From contig OZ024744.1 of NCBI GenBank assembly GCA_964016885.1, positions 108,252,001 to 108,316,000 of the forward strand: 64,000 nt of DNA. Direction: 5' to 3'. The position numbers and the translations under genes are program-made. The notes beneath the pieces are model-generated. The model had not been told where the DNA came from and searched no databases. It was given only the letters and a program-made list of their open reading frames with translations. The DNA comes from Eledone cirrhosa (lineage: Eukaryota). Below, piece by piece: positions 14,101 to 31,284 of the stretch. Positions within the stretch are counted from its first letter, which is position 1. The number at the start of each line of letters is the position of its first letter.

Positions 14101-14333
14101 TATTTGGTTTTCAATTACTGTTTCTAAGTCCCTCTCCTGGCTATTTTCAGCGGGTTCAATAGGGCTTCTTATTTCTACAAACCTATTTGTCATTTGGTCA
14201 GATGGAGGTCTTTCAGTAAAGACTTGTGACTGGTTACTATCTCCAGGAGATTCTTCAGTTCTTTCATCATTTATATTTATGTCATTCTCCACAGCCTGCT
14301 TGATCGCAGTTAGTTCAGTGTCTGTGAGTCTAT
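11103..14333 (-). mobile_element. R4/Dong-type LINE copy A2, degraded, most of the ORF
   Basis: YRPITCLSTTYKL, EQKGCRRGSYGCKDQL, FRGDSLSPLLF, YKYLG, RLYLPRPQGGRGL, RLE motif. 3' UTR matches 1880-1990. Confidence 0.9.
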
Positions 14334-15575
14334 TGAGGCTCTTGCACCCTCCTCCCCTATCCACTAGCCCCACACAATCCCAGCGTGCATCCAAGATACC
14401 GTTCCAGTCGTCCACTAACACTAAAGAGCGGGACGTTCCCAGAAAGGTCTCTAGACGTCTGAAGAAATCTGGCCGTCCTGCCCCTGTCGGGGCATAGACG
14501 ACTACTAGCCTGAAAGCGTTGCCTTCAGTGCAGTTCACGTGCAGCACCACCGACTTAACTTCTGGGTCCAGGAAGATGGTCCGTATGGAGAGACCCAAGC
14601 CTTTCCGAAACAACACAGCCACTCCGCCTCCCGCTCCCGGACGGCTCGGAGATGCGTCGAAGATAGGTGCGAAAGCTTAAGTTTCGGAGATTCTCGTCTC
14701 GCTGATGGCCACCACATCTATGTTTAGTGACCTGATGTCGTTAAGCAAGTGACCCTGCTTCCAAACCGAGCTCAAGCCACGCACGTTTACACTTCCAATC
14801 CTGAATACGGCCATGTTGGGTGAGGAACGGGGCAAGTGAGAAAGGATCACTTACCTTGATCGTCTGGTGAAGGTACCGTTGAACCGTCCCTTCGACTGAT
14901 CGTCGGCTCTTCTGTGAGTATATCCGAGTATACTCTCCGGTTCTGTGTCCCTCCTATGTCTCTGAAATCACCAATTGCGTTGGGGAATTTCATTTTAATG
15001 TTAGTGTATTGTTTCTATGATATTCTTACCAGTCTTATGTTCGTTGGTGTTTTGATTGGTGCTGGTATTATGTAGTCGTGCTGTGAAATGTCTGTGTTTT
15101 CAATTATGTAAGTCATTAGTTTCTTGTTGCTTGTATTTATTGCTGTGCAATTCTTTTTTGAGGGGTGGGGTGTGGTTTTGCTGTTTTCTTGTCGTTGTTG
15201 CTGGGTGTGTGTGTTTTGTTGTTGTGTTTGCGATGCTGGTGTTTGTGGTGGTGTTGTTGAAGGTGTTGTTGTTGTTGGCGGTGGGGTTGCCGCCGGTGGT
15301 GATGGTAGTGCTAGTGTGGGTGGTGATGGTGTTGGTGGTGTTGTTGCTGTAAGTCTCTTTGCAGTAGCCTTCACCCTTTTTTTAATCTCTTCCCTCTCTT
15401 TTCGAAGGCGACGATGCGCTGCTTCTGCGTTTGTGCCTTCTTGCGAGCCTTTGCCATCCCCATCCCACCTCACACTCCATGTCCGATTCTGTGAGGTCTG
15501 AGAGGGGTACCAGATCCACTTGTTCTTGTTGGTGATGGTTGCAGTGGCGTCTCTGTTGCAGTTGCAGCTGGTATG
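14334..15575 (-). mobile_element. Inverted 5' segment of a third Tx1 copy (ORF1 3' half + APE start)
   Basis: Reverse complement matches ~6570-7870. Confidence 0.85.
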
Positions 15576-18298
15576 AGGCGAGATTGGCACTCGACCAATT
15601 CTTTAACGCAAAACACGAAGGCTGCGTTGTCAGAGCTAGAGCGCGCGCTCTGAAACACGAGAGGAAGAAAGCCGTCCAATGGGTCCTGGTGGCAGAGGCG
15701 CGACGTGGCAACAAAGCCACAATTCTGTCTTTGTTTGACCAAAACGGGCGCGTGTTGCTCGAACCCGAGCAGATGTGTGAGGCTTTTCAGCAGCACTTTG
15801 CAAAACTGTTCGGGAGTGGCGGCGGGCCGGATCGGGGCATGGACTTCAGTGCATACCTCGACGGACTGCCTCGGCTCTCGACGACCGCAGCACAGTGTTG
15901 CGAAAAGCCAATAACAGCCGGTGAAATACGGGAAGCGATAGCTAACTGCACGATGCGTAAATCGCCAGGTTTGGATGGTCTGCCCTACGAGCTTTATGCA
16001 TTTATGCCAGACATGTTTGGTGACCTCTTGGCAGACGTCTACTGCAACTGGCAGCAGAACGGGAGCATTCCCAGTTTTGTGAACCGGGGAGCGGTGCCGC
16101 TGCTGAGAAAAGACCCGAACAAGGGGGATGTTATCGATAACTTCGGGCCAATAACTCTGCTAAACGCAGAGTTCAAGATTTTGGCCAAGGTGTTAGCAAC
16201 GAGGTTGGCGCTTGTCGTCGAGGGTCTGATGGGAGAGGCGCAGATATGCGCCATTCCGGACAGATCCATACACGACAACCTCCACCTCATGCGATACATC
16301 ATAGAGAGGGTGGTTATGGAACCTGGCACGGGTGGGGCCCTGATCAACTTGGATCAATCCAAAGCATTCGATAGGGTCGACCATCGGTAGCTGGCGGCGG
16401 TCCTCGAGGCAGCCGGTTTCGGGCCTGTTTTCAGGGGTTGGATCGCTGCGATGCATAGCGACATCTGCTCAGTTGTGAGGGTGAACGGTCACCTGTCGCA
16501 GCCGTTCAGCATCATGTGCTCAGTCCGCCAGGGTTTTCCCCTCTCATCCCTTTTGTACGTATTGGCTCTCGAGCCGTTACTGCACGAACTGAGAGCGATG
16601 AGAGGCGTCCCACGCGAACTAGGATGCGGGAAATCCGAGTCGGCTTACGCCGACGACGTCACCGTGTTGGTGTCGAGCACCAGTCACGTCCAGATACTCG
16701 ACACCGCTCTCAAGGAATACGAAGCGGTGACAGGAGCAAAGATAAACCAGGAAAAGTCGGTGGGCTTGCAGCTCGGCACCTGGAGAGGCAAGTCCATGCC
16801 GTCCGACAGCGTCGTGGGGCGTTGGACGGACAGACCGGTTAAATTGCTCAGGGTCTGGTTCGGACCGGACCTCCAGATGGAGAAAAACTGGAGCGAGGTT
16901 ACGAGCAGGGTGGCCTCCTTCACCTGAAAGGCCGGGCGGAGGTGGCGAGTGCGTACATCGCATCCGTCATCTGCTACCGCCTCACCGTCGTCCCTTGCCC
17001 CGACCCAACTCTCACCAAAATGGAGCGCCTCCTCTTCCGCTTTTTGTGGAAGGGACGCGCTCCCATGGTCAGACGATCCATCTGCTATCAACACCCGTTG
17101 CGTGGAGGACTGGGTATGCCATGGCTGATGATGCGCAAACATGCGCTGAGGCTGCTACATCTCTGGGGCTTCCTTGACGGTGAGCAGGTGTGGTCAACGT
17201 TCACCAGGCACGTTTTCCCAAAGCTCGTCTCCTTGACGGAACTAAAGTCCTGTGTCAGGAAAAGACCGAGGGATAGCGTTTGGAAACTGGAATGTCTCCA
17301 GGCGCTGCCCTCTGCCAGCTGGGCACCAGTATCGGTGGAACATCCACCTCGGCGTTCTATAGAGGACTAGTGGAGGGGAAGAGCGACGACGTTCTCGGAG
17401 AGATCCTGGGCGTCGAAGAAAATCAGCTGTTTGCTCTCTTCCGGGGAACTTTCAGCCCAGGGCCTATGGATAACTTCCAGAAATCCCTGGCCTGGTAGTG
17501 CTACCGGGGAGCTTTGCCTGTTCGAGATAAGCTCTACAAGCACTGAAGTGCCGTCAGCTGGGCCTGTCCGAGATGCGCGCAGAGCGACGAAACCGTCGTG
17601 CACGCACTCGTTCAGTGCCCGAGCATTGCTGACTTGTAGAGCTATGTCGTACAGTTGCTGTCGCGTGTAGGACCGATCCGGTTATCGACTGAGTCCATTG
17701 TGCAGATGGTCTCGCCGTCTTCCTTCGAGGAGGAAGGGCAGGCGGTTTTCATCTTCCTTGTGGCCATGGCGAAAGAGATTGTGTGGTGGACAAGGTTGAA
17801 AGGGTTAAAGACAGATACTTTCCTCTTCGGCGAATCCCTGATTAACTTTTTCAAGTTTCACTTGAAGAGGAAAATAAGGGTGGAGAGACAAGTGCTGTCT
17901 TCTAGCAAGTTTGTTGAAAGGTGGGTGAATGTAGTGAGAATGGTCCGAGTGAACGGAACCGCTCTGAATATACGCTTGTAGTTTGAGGAATGGGAAAAAA
18001 TTGAGAGAGGGCGCTTGCCCTGGTGGTCAGGATGGCCGTGGTCTTTTGTGTGGTTTTCGCCACGAGTAACCCTCGGAGGTTTTCCCACTATTGGGAAATT
18101 TTTCATCGTTTGAATTTTCATTTTTATTGTTTATATATATATATGTTTCTATGTCTTTTTTCTTTTTCGTTTCTTATATAAATAATAAAAATGTTTACAC
18201 GCACAAAACCCACAACGTACCGTCCTGTACCGTCTGTAATGTTTTTCTTGATGTCAGCCCTTGTGGCCAATAAAGAAATCATTTTTATTATTATTATT
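15576..18298 (+). mobile_element. Third Tx1 copy, RT to 3' end, diverged with multiple stops
   Basis: Homologous to ~8350-11051; YADD; ends AATAAAGAAATC plus a short (ATT)n. Confidence 0.9.
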
Positions 18299-18394
18299 TC
18301 AACCTCTTTTGTTTTAAAAATTAAGGTTTGGACATGTCAAGTGGGGCACAGAGTTATTTCTCTCTTTAAATCTGCATAGACACATATGTACTAA

Positions 18395-18523
18395 TACGCT
18401 CTTCGACGTATACAGGGCATCCACTGGAAAATGTGCTGAGTGACACTGAAGTCCTCGAACGCAATCGGTCTACCAGTATAGAGTCTCCCATATTTCAACA
18501 TCTTTTAAGACGGAGTGGTCATG
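18395..18523 (+). mobile_element. Short old RTE LINE fragment
   Basis: Translates across a frameshift as LRRIQGIHWK..SDTEVLER..SIES..LRRSGHV, like 33560-33690. Confidence 0.6.
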
Positions 18524-19001
18524 TATATATATATTTATATATACATATGCACAAACACACACACATATATATATATATATAATTATTTATTTAAAACAAT
18601 AGATTGTTGAACATCAGAGATTTGATTCCTGTTGCGAGGTCAATACTTCTAGATATAGTCTAGACATAGTCCTTCCCTCACGCGAGAAACTATATTACAG
18701 TATTATATTGTAAAGTATTGTGGGAAGCTGATGATTCAGATAACGGTAAGTTCCTTTTTCTTGTTAGTCTATTCTGTTTTTCTACCTATCTCTCCATCTT
18801 TCTCCATAAGTCCTGCTCCATCGTTTTCGTCCCCATTTCTCTCCTCTCCTCCTCTTCCCGTCTCTCTCTCTCTATAACCCTCTCATTTCTCATACATTGA
18901 CTCTCTTTCTCCTTCTCTTTCCCACACCGTTCAAATTGTGGTTATATCTTAACCCCCCCCCCCCCAATTTTTACTATCCAAATAGTATCCAGCTGTCACA
19001 G

Positions 19002-19048
<47 letters not shown>

Positions 19049-19051
<3 letters not shown>

Positions 19052-19456
19052 AAATTAGTCCCTCGTCAGTGATTTGCCAACCATCATTGATATTTCATCG
19101 CATTAAAAATCATATACCTCAGGTTGGTGCGAACAATAACTAAAAAAAGCTATTGGGACAAGTAAATCGCGTAAAGCGAGTGAGACAAGTAAACAACATA
19201 GAAGGATAAAAGCAATTATTTTCCTATCTTCGGTTTGCTTTTATCCTTCTATGTTGTTTACTTGTCTCACTCGCTTTACGCGATTTACTTGTCCCAATAG
19301 CTTTTTTTAGTTATTGCTTGCACCAACCTGAGGTATATTATTTTTTAATGCGATGAAATATCAATGATGGTTGGCAAATCACTGACGAGGGACTAATTTT
19401 ATCATATGTAACCCATGTGCAACCACGCAGTATTCTTCTGTCTTCTCATGTTTTTT

Positions 19457-19460
<4 letters not shown>
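19049..19460 (+). mobile_element. Fold-back element in (TA)n (~167-bp arms + ~55-nt tail), probable inverted Penelope-type pLTR
   Basis: 19049-19215 is a near-perfect reverse complement of 19235-19402; unpaired tail; (TA)n on both sides. Confidence 0.7.
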
Positions 19461-19494
<34 letters not shown>

Positions 19495-19645
19495 GATAAC
19501 AAATTATCGTTATAGGTAATCCAGTTAGAGGTTGTGAGTACTCTGTATTGTGGATAGTTTTAACGTACGGCGTTGTTTGACTCAACAAAATGTTTCCTTA
19601 GTTAGGTGGCGAGTTCACGGGAATTCCTATTCTTGGAGTAATAAT

Positions 19646-19813
19646 TGTTTCTACTTTTGGCACAAGGCCAGCAATTATCCCAGTGCATTACTGGTACTTT
19701 ATTTTATCGACCCCGTAAGGATGAAAGGCAAAGTTAACCTCGGCGGGATTTGAACTCAGATCATAAAGGGAGGTAACTCTATGCCCTTACCGATACTGCC
19801 AATCCACCGCCCT
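19646..19813 (-). mobile_element. tRNA-derived SINE with 18-bp target-site duplication
   Basis: A box TGGCAGTATCGG, B box GTTCAAATCC, body GCCTTTCATCCTTACGGGGTCGATAAAATAAGTACCAG; TSD TATTCTTGGAGTAATAAT at 19628-19645 and 19814-19831. Confidence 0.85.
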
Positions 19814-19861
19814 TATTCTTGGAGTAATAATAGTGAAAGAGTACAAAAAGGGTACCCTTTT

Positions 19862-22328
<2,467 letters not shown>

Positions 22329-22349
22329 ATATATATATATGTATATATA

Positions 22350-22707
22350 TACAAATAAAAGGCAGAGTTAATAACTCATACTGATACCCTGTAATTAACA
22401 AGCTCAAAGTATAAATACTGAGCATTTTAATAATATATGTAGTAATAAACACAGTAAATCGTCTAAAATTACGAGGGTTGAAATACCACATTTGTTTGAG
22501 AAATTTAATCAGAAGCAAACGGAATATATATAAAATAAAATAAAATATATACAGACCGCCTCCATAACTATTACCTCTCCCGGACAGATTATGGATTTAA
22601 TCTGTGTTTCGCCCTGAGAATTGTGTTTGTAACAGATAATCCGTGGGCATCATCAGCGAGAGAATTAGATTAAATGAAACAAACACCTAAGCCAAAAGCC
22701 ACACGAA

Positions 22708-22710
<3 letters not shown>
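22350..22710 (-). mobile_element. PLE pLTR fragment in (TA)n
   Basis: Contains a complete hammerhead and the conserved bulged 3' hairpin (22402-22423). Confidence 0.7.
22575..22664 (-). ncRNA. Type I hammerhead ribozyme, complete
   Basis: Stem I TTCTCTCG/CGGGAGAG; CTGATGA; stem II GCCC/GGGC; GAAA; stem III CA(CA)GATTA/TAATCTG; GTC site (cut between 22583 and 22582). Confidence 0.85.
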
Positions 22711-23185
<475 letters not shown>

Positions 23186-23197
23186 CATACATATATA

Positions 23198-23460
23198 GTG
23201 GAAGCACGTGGCCTATTGGTAAGAGTGTGGGACTTACGATCATAATGTAGTGGGTTCGATTCCTGGGTTTCGTGTTGTGTTCTTGAGCAAAACACTTCAT
23301 TTCACGTTGCTCCAGTATACTTGGCTGAAAATGAGTACCAGCAATAGCTGGCGGTTTAACCCTGCGATGGACTGGTGTCCTGTCCAGGGCGTAGTCTTGT
23401 ACTCTCAGACGTTTCATGCCATGAAACTGGGATAAGCACCGACCAAATTAGCCTTCTGGC
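23198..23460 (+). mobile_element. tRNA-derived CORE-like SINE
   Basis: A box TGGCCTATTGG, B box GGTTCGATTCC, CORE-like TGTGTTCTTGAGCAAAACACTT, body ACCCTGCGATGGACTGG. Confidence 0.75.
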
Positions 23461-23494
23461 ATAAAACAGACTGCAGACTGTTAGACATATATAA

Positions 23495-23524
<30 letters not shown>

Positions 23525-23532
<8 letters not shown>

Positions 23533-23858
23533 CAAACATTAAACACACACGCATGAGCAGAGACAGATAAAAGAATAAATGAATAAAATAAAAATGGCGT
23601 AGTTTTTACAATACAAAGTGAGGAAACATAACAGTACCACTGATGATGTCGCAGGTGTGTGACGAAAGAACTTTGATATATATTTATATCTGTATTTTTA
23701 CCCTTTGGTCTATCAATGATAAACTTTGATTACCAAATAAATTAACTATGGAGATATAACAGATACAGAAGTGAAAACCAACCAAACAGTGAGTGTGTTC
23801 TGTTATTATTTCTGGCAATATTATTACAACAATATAACCCTCCCCAAGTATAACAACA
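23525..23858 (+). mobile_element. 3' end/pLTR of a PLE related to 20175-20560, opposite orientation
   Basis: Collinear similarity including CTGATGA-stem II-GAAAGAACTTT and terminal CCCCAAGTATAAC. Confidence 0.75.
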
Positions 23859-23885
23859 TATATATATATATACATATATATATAT

Positions 23886-24212
23886 ATCACAGAAAAAAAA
23901 GAGAATGAGTGTTGCGACGAATGGAATTTATTGGACATATTACAATCGTTTCTCTGGCGACCAGCTCGATGTGATGATCGATGTGATGATCGAACCTGAC
24001 TCTGAAAATCGCAAGATCCTCAGATACGTGTTGATTCTACGAAGCAGATTTTCCTCGAGCTGGTCGCCAGAGAAACAATTGTAATATGTCTAATAAATTC
24101 CATTCGTCGCAACACTGATTCTCTTTTTTTCTGTGATATCATACTCTGCTCTATGAGAGTATCGAGTGCTCAAACGGCCCACCGCAAACGGACGCTTGAA
24201 GCATCCAACACC

Positions 24213-24215
<3 letters not shown>
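23886..24215 (+). mobile_element. Fold-back pLTR element in (TA)n
   Basis: Arms 23886-23968 and 24055-24139; ~75-nt tail with bulged hairpin. Confidence 0.75.
23935..24029 (-). ncRNA. Hammerhead ribozyme with minimal stem III and ~65-nt stem II region
   Basis: ACGTAT-CTGAGGA-TCT...AGA-GAAA-CGATTG-TA-ATATGT; the other arm has the palindromic CAATTG version. Confidence 0.7.
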
Positions 24216-24296
<81 letters not shown>

Positions 24297-24300
<4 letters not shown>

Positions 24301-24522
24301 TAAAATAACAGATCAAAGTTTAAGCAAAGAATCGCTGCTTTCACCCTTAACGGGATCTTCTGAAACTAACAAAGTCAATCTGTAAACGCAGAGCGATTCT
24401 TTTCTTAAACTTTAATCTGTTATTTTAATAAATATTTGCTCTACGGTTCTTATATATTTGATATATATTTATCCTTATCGAGCCCTCTTTGGATTTTAGT
24501 CTTCAAATTTTTTATTATTACT
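24297..24522 (+). mobile_element. Fold-back pLTR element in (TA)n
   Basis: ~40-bp inverted arms; degenerate hammerhead core on minus strand (CAGAAGA-TCCC-GTTAA-GGGT-GAAA); tail GCTC..TC-GAGC. Confidence 0.6.
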
Positions 24523-24573
24523 ATATATATATATACCACATAGCATGTATTTCATTTTCTTATAGCATTTTAA

Positions 24574-24664
24574 GAGGGTCCGTCGAGCTGCAGATTATTG
24601 AGTCGGGTAGGATCGATATAGATCGAACCTTGAGCTGATCAGTGGCGAAACGCGCGTCACCTAT
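24574..24664 (+). ncRNA. Degenerate long-stem-II hammerhead
   Basis: GGGT/ACCT stem I; core mutated to CCGTCGA; GCTGC/GTGGC stem II; GAAA-CGCGCG-TC with palindromic stem III; AATAAA follows. Confidence 0.5.
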
Positions 24665-24889
24665 CAATAAATGCAATGAAAGAATAATCAATCGTCCTTT
24701 TTATCCTTTCTATATATATATATATATATGTAGGCATATATACACACTCATATATAAGGCCGACCCCCACCACACACACACACACACAGAACACATACAA
24801 AATGCTACTAAACGAGGATAAATTTGAGTTCGGAAAATATCATGCACATATTCTGTTTCCTGAAGTGAAATCCTCTTGGCACCCAACAG

Positions 24890-25082
24890 CACCTGAGTTC
24901 TTGGGCAGAGTAATTGTCGGTAACAACTTATGCTGGAGTAGCCACATAAACAACAAAGTTCATATGAACCACAGGATTGGAAATCCTTGATTTTTATAAC
25001 TTTCCGGGCTAGAGATATTCACACCATTCCCTACTTTTACCCAGCCCTACATTGAATACTGCTGTTCGCTGTGGTCTCCATG
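24890..25082 (+). mobile_element. Old CR1/L2-like LINE RT fragment
   Basis: FLG.VIVGNNLCWSSHINNKV and QPYIEYCCSLWSP. Confidence 0.55.
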
Positions 25083-25164
25083 GCGTCGACTCCAATTTTC
25101 AAGGCCTTTCATGTCGTCTATCATTGTTTTGTAATTCACATCTGGGGGGTGCTTCAAATATCAT

Positions 25165-25640
25165 AATACTTTGTTTTGTGGCGTTGTTGTTGTTTTTTTT
25201 GTTTTTGTTTTATTTTTCTCTTACCGCAGGCGTCTGAGGATTACCCTCAGTAGCGCTAGACTGGCGTGTGGGAGACGTACGAGTTCATATCCATGCTGGA
25301 GCCGAGTTGGTGGTGATAACAATCCACCATCAAGGCCGGACATCTCATCCAAAGATGCTCGGAGGATTCTTCTTCCTCTCTGCACAGACGGCATGTGTTT
25401 ATTTCCGCTTGGCCGATCATATGGAGCCATCTACCTAATGACGTGTGATGTCCACTGCGGAAGCGGACGAGATAGTTCCTATCTCCTTTTGAGAGAGTTT
25501 GCTCACTCTCGTCATTTGGGTGGCGGCTAAAGACTGATTGTAGACGTTGATGCTGGATCGGTGGTGGGCGAAATTCCCAGCGAATGACGGCGCGTCGGGT
25601 GGCGTTGTTGTTGTAGTGATTGGTTAAGTCCACCAAGCAA
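25165..25640 (-). mobile_element. 3' fragment of an I-group-like LINE with A/(CAA)n tail
   Basis: RFRSGH..CRLC..ESSEHLWMRCPAL C-terminal zinc motif. Confidence 0.6.
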
Positions 25641-26429
25641 CAAAGGCTACCATAAATTATGATTTTAAAGAAAAAGGCATGAAAATGTGAATGGTCGCTT
25701 TAGGAGTGGATTGTAAGGAGTTTCTAAACCCTTGGTGAAGATGAAATTTAAGGATAGGGAGTTTGTTAACTAAATATTTAATTGCTTTATTGATTTCGTT
25801 TCTCCGAGAATTTAGTCCTTTATTGATTTCCTTTCTCCTAGAATTTAGTCCCAAATACCGAAAAGCACACAGATGAGGAAGTCCCTACGTAGTTGCTTGG
25901 ATCTGCTAGAAAATGGAGCCAAATATCCCTCAAACGAAACTCGAACTATTGTTTTTATAAATGGGACGAAACGTCATATTGACGAGTCCTCGTTACTCTA
26001 TGCCAAGAAAAAATAAATACTAGATGGTCATAGCTGAAACTTGTTTGATCATAGGAGATTAATTTAATCCGGCTTGGTTTGAGACCAAACAACAACAATT
26101 CACGCGATTGTCTCCTTATGACCAATTAAACACCCTCCTATCCTCACTTCTCCACACCATCTTACACGACCCCCAACAGTCTAAAGAATGTGAATCTTTG
26201 TCTGATATCTTTTATAGGTTAACATATTCAAGATATGAGAATGTTAGATGATACGGTTGATAAGGTAACAATAAGCCAACTATAAGGGCCAAGCGCTTGG
26301 CATAATGTCACCGTCTAAAAAGGTCAAGGTGTGACAATTTTCGAAACTGCGATGTCTGTCTGTCTGCCTGACTGTCTGTCTGCATATATGTATGTATGTC
26401 TGTATGTATGTATATCTGTATGTATGTAT

Positions 26430-27120
26430 ATACTAGAATACATGTTACCAGTAGCACTATGTGGTGACCTGACATACATACATACATGGTGGCTGCCAAC
26501 ACGCTTTCGAGTACGGCCACTACTTTATATCCATGTAGGAGAACTCCTACCGATGCACTGAACGAATGGTTGGGTCGTTGGCGACTAAACTGGCAACCCC
26601 ACCAAGGTTTCTTGGTGAGGAGGGTGACTTTGGACATCCTGCAGGACTAAAAACAAAACCTGTCAAAGGGCAAGGGAGCTCTTAAGAGTCAATGGCCATC
26701 CAAAATCACCGGGAGAGATGACCCCTTAGCCTTTGTCAAGGCAGAATTCTAGGAGAAGGAAAACTCTGATATAACACCTGCAACCCTGATGGTATCCAAT
26801 GATGTTGACTTGTTCTTCTTTTTGGTAAATATAATCTTGGTTAAGAGAGTGGGACTGGCTTTGTGCAGTGCCTTTGCTCACTATAAAAGCTTCACAGCAC
26901 AGGCATTGCTTTATATCTGGAGATCTCTCTGCACTTGTCGTCACATGGTGCCATGGGCCCAGCACTATGTGTCAATAATTGTCACAAGTGTAGTGTTTGT
27001 ACCAGAGTTTTCAAGTCGCTGGCTGGACTAAAGTCACATTCGTTCAGCGCATCGGTAGGAGTTCTCCTACATGGATATAAAGTAGTGGCCGTACTCGAAA
27101 ACGAGTTGGCAGCCACCATG
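26430..27120 (+). mobile_element. RTE-derived non-autonomous element with inverted 5' segment
   Basis: 26566-27120 matches 60625-61180; 26430-26568 is an inverted 3'end-(TATG)n-5'start junction. Confidence 0.8.
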
Positions 27121-27349
27121 TATGTATATATATGTATATATATGTATGTATAAATATGTATGTATGTATACATGTATATTCTTCTGGTTTTAGAATTTCT
27201 CAAATGTTTACGAATAGAGAGAGAATTGGTCTCTAGCATAGTTACAAGACTCTCTCATTGGAATTTACACAACATCAACTAGGAAGATATGTATGTATGT
27301 GTGCATGCATGTGTGTGCAGGTATGGATGTTATTGTATGTGTGGATGTG

Positions 27350-29238
<1,889 letters not shown>

Positions 29239-29288
29239 TAGACTAAACTCACTGACCTGTTGTCAAACTCTCTACTCTGTGTTGAATA

Positions 29289-29361
<73 letters not shown>

Positions 29362-29365
<4 letters not shown>

Positions 29366-29473
29366 CGAAGGAAATGTGGTAAGGAACGAGGTGGACCATA
29401 ACGCACCAAAGTACTCAATACTTAGGGTAGTAGAGTGTGTAATAGGAACGAGTAGGACCCCGACGGCTGATCT

Positions 29474-29476
<3 letters not shown>
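29362..29476 (-). mobile_element. pLTR 3' tail fragment in (TA)n
   Basis: Near-identical to 54418-54525 and 60139-60244. Confidence 0.7.
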
Positions 29477-29546
<70 letters not shown>

Positions 29547-29547
29547 A

Positions 29548-29685
<138 letters not shown>

Positions 29686-29954
29686 CTATGAATAAAAATA
29701 TAAATTCAGCGAGAATCGCATTTCGGCGGGTAAAAAAAGCGAAACGTAACGCAAATTCAGAGTCATGCTGGCAAGCACTCCATAGTTTAAAAAACCAGAG
29801 CTATAAACACATGTTATAAACGACATACAAACTGAGAAGGCAGTCAAGGCATTAACCACCTAAGCCAAAAGACAACTCAAGCTAAACAGGTCAGACAAAA
29901 TAAATGATAAAATCATACATATATATATATATACATACAAATTAATAAAAATTA

Positions 29955-30127
29955 ATTGTTTCTACTTTAGGCACAAGGCCAGCAATTACCCAGTGCATTA
30001 CTGGTACTTTATTTTATCGACCCCGTAAGGATGAAAAGTAAAGTCAACCTCGGCGCGATTTGAACTCAGATCGTAAAGGGACGTAACTATGCTGGAAAGC
30101 ATGGCATCCGACCCTCTACCGATACTG
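29955..30127 (-). mobile_element. tRNA-derived SINE (same family as 19646)
   Basis: Sequence match; B-box-like GTTCAAATC. Confidence 0.8.
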
Positions 30128-30522
30128 ATAAATTAATATATGATAAACACTAATACAATTATATAAGTGTTTGTATTGCAAATGACCAAATACCTCTTTC
30201 TTTGAGCTATTTAATTGTAAAAGACTGTTTGAGTTTATAACTCTATATATTGTATATATATACATATACATATATATATAACAAACCTGGACCCATTGGA
30301 ATTGATAGTAAAATCCAAATACATATATGTATTTGGATATATATGTATGTATATGTGTGTATATACATCACTCAGTCAAACGACCAGATTTCACATCTAC
30401 AACAACAACAACAACACCGGCACTAATGTTTACAACAACAACAGCTTCAGAATGAATTGAAATGAACATTTACAACAACAACAGCGGCATCAAACGATAA
30501 AAAAAAAAATACCAAAAAGAAA

Positions 30523-30526
<4 letters not shown>

Positions 30527-30613
<87 letters not shown>

Positions 30614-30634
30614 ACACAGACACACACACACACA

Positions 30635-30675
<41 letters not shown>

Positions 30676-30698
30676 ACACACACACAGACACAGACACA

Positions 30699-30769
<71 letters not shown>

Positions 30770-30770
30770 A

Positions 30771-30813
<43 letters not shown>

Positions 30814-30828
30814 ACACACAGACACACA

Positions 30829-30867
<39 letters not shown>

Positions 30868-30868
30868 A

Positions 30869-30961
<93 letters not shown>

Positions 30962-30968
30962 ACACACA

Positions 30969-31023
<55 letters not shown>

Positions 31024-31036
31024 AGACACAGACACA

Positions 31037-31125
<89 letters not shown>

Positions 31126-31132
31126 AGACACA

Positions 31133-31179
<47 letters not shown>

Positions 31180-31198
31180 CACAACACAACACAACACA
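30527..31198. repeat. Long (CA)n/(CAGA) microsatellite
   Basis: Seen directly. Confidence 0.98.
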
Positions 31199-31284
31199 AC
31201 AGCAACAGCAACTGCCACCACCGCCACCACCACCATCCACCGCCGCCAGCAACCGGGCCTTAAGAAAACAACAACTTTAATAAT

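Noticed and set aside
13831-14622. ORF fusing a Tx1 APE fragment to the Dong N-terminus, suggesting a dual-endonuclease element
   Set aside because: Chance in-frame junction of two truncated, degraded copies; the APE is incomplete and downstream frames are broken.
18701-18744. Small plus-strand exon ending at G/GTAAGT
   Set aside because: Good donor but weak acceptor, no partner exons and no recognisable peptide.
19320-19395. Hammerhead in the 19049 fold-back element
   Set aside because: CCAACC/GGTTGG stem, GAAA and CTGACGA are present but do not assemble into a canonical core with an NUH site.
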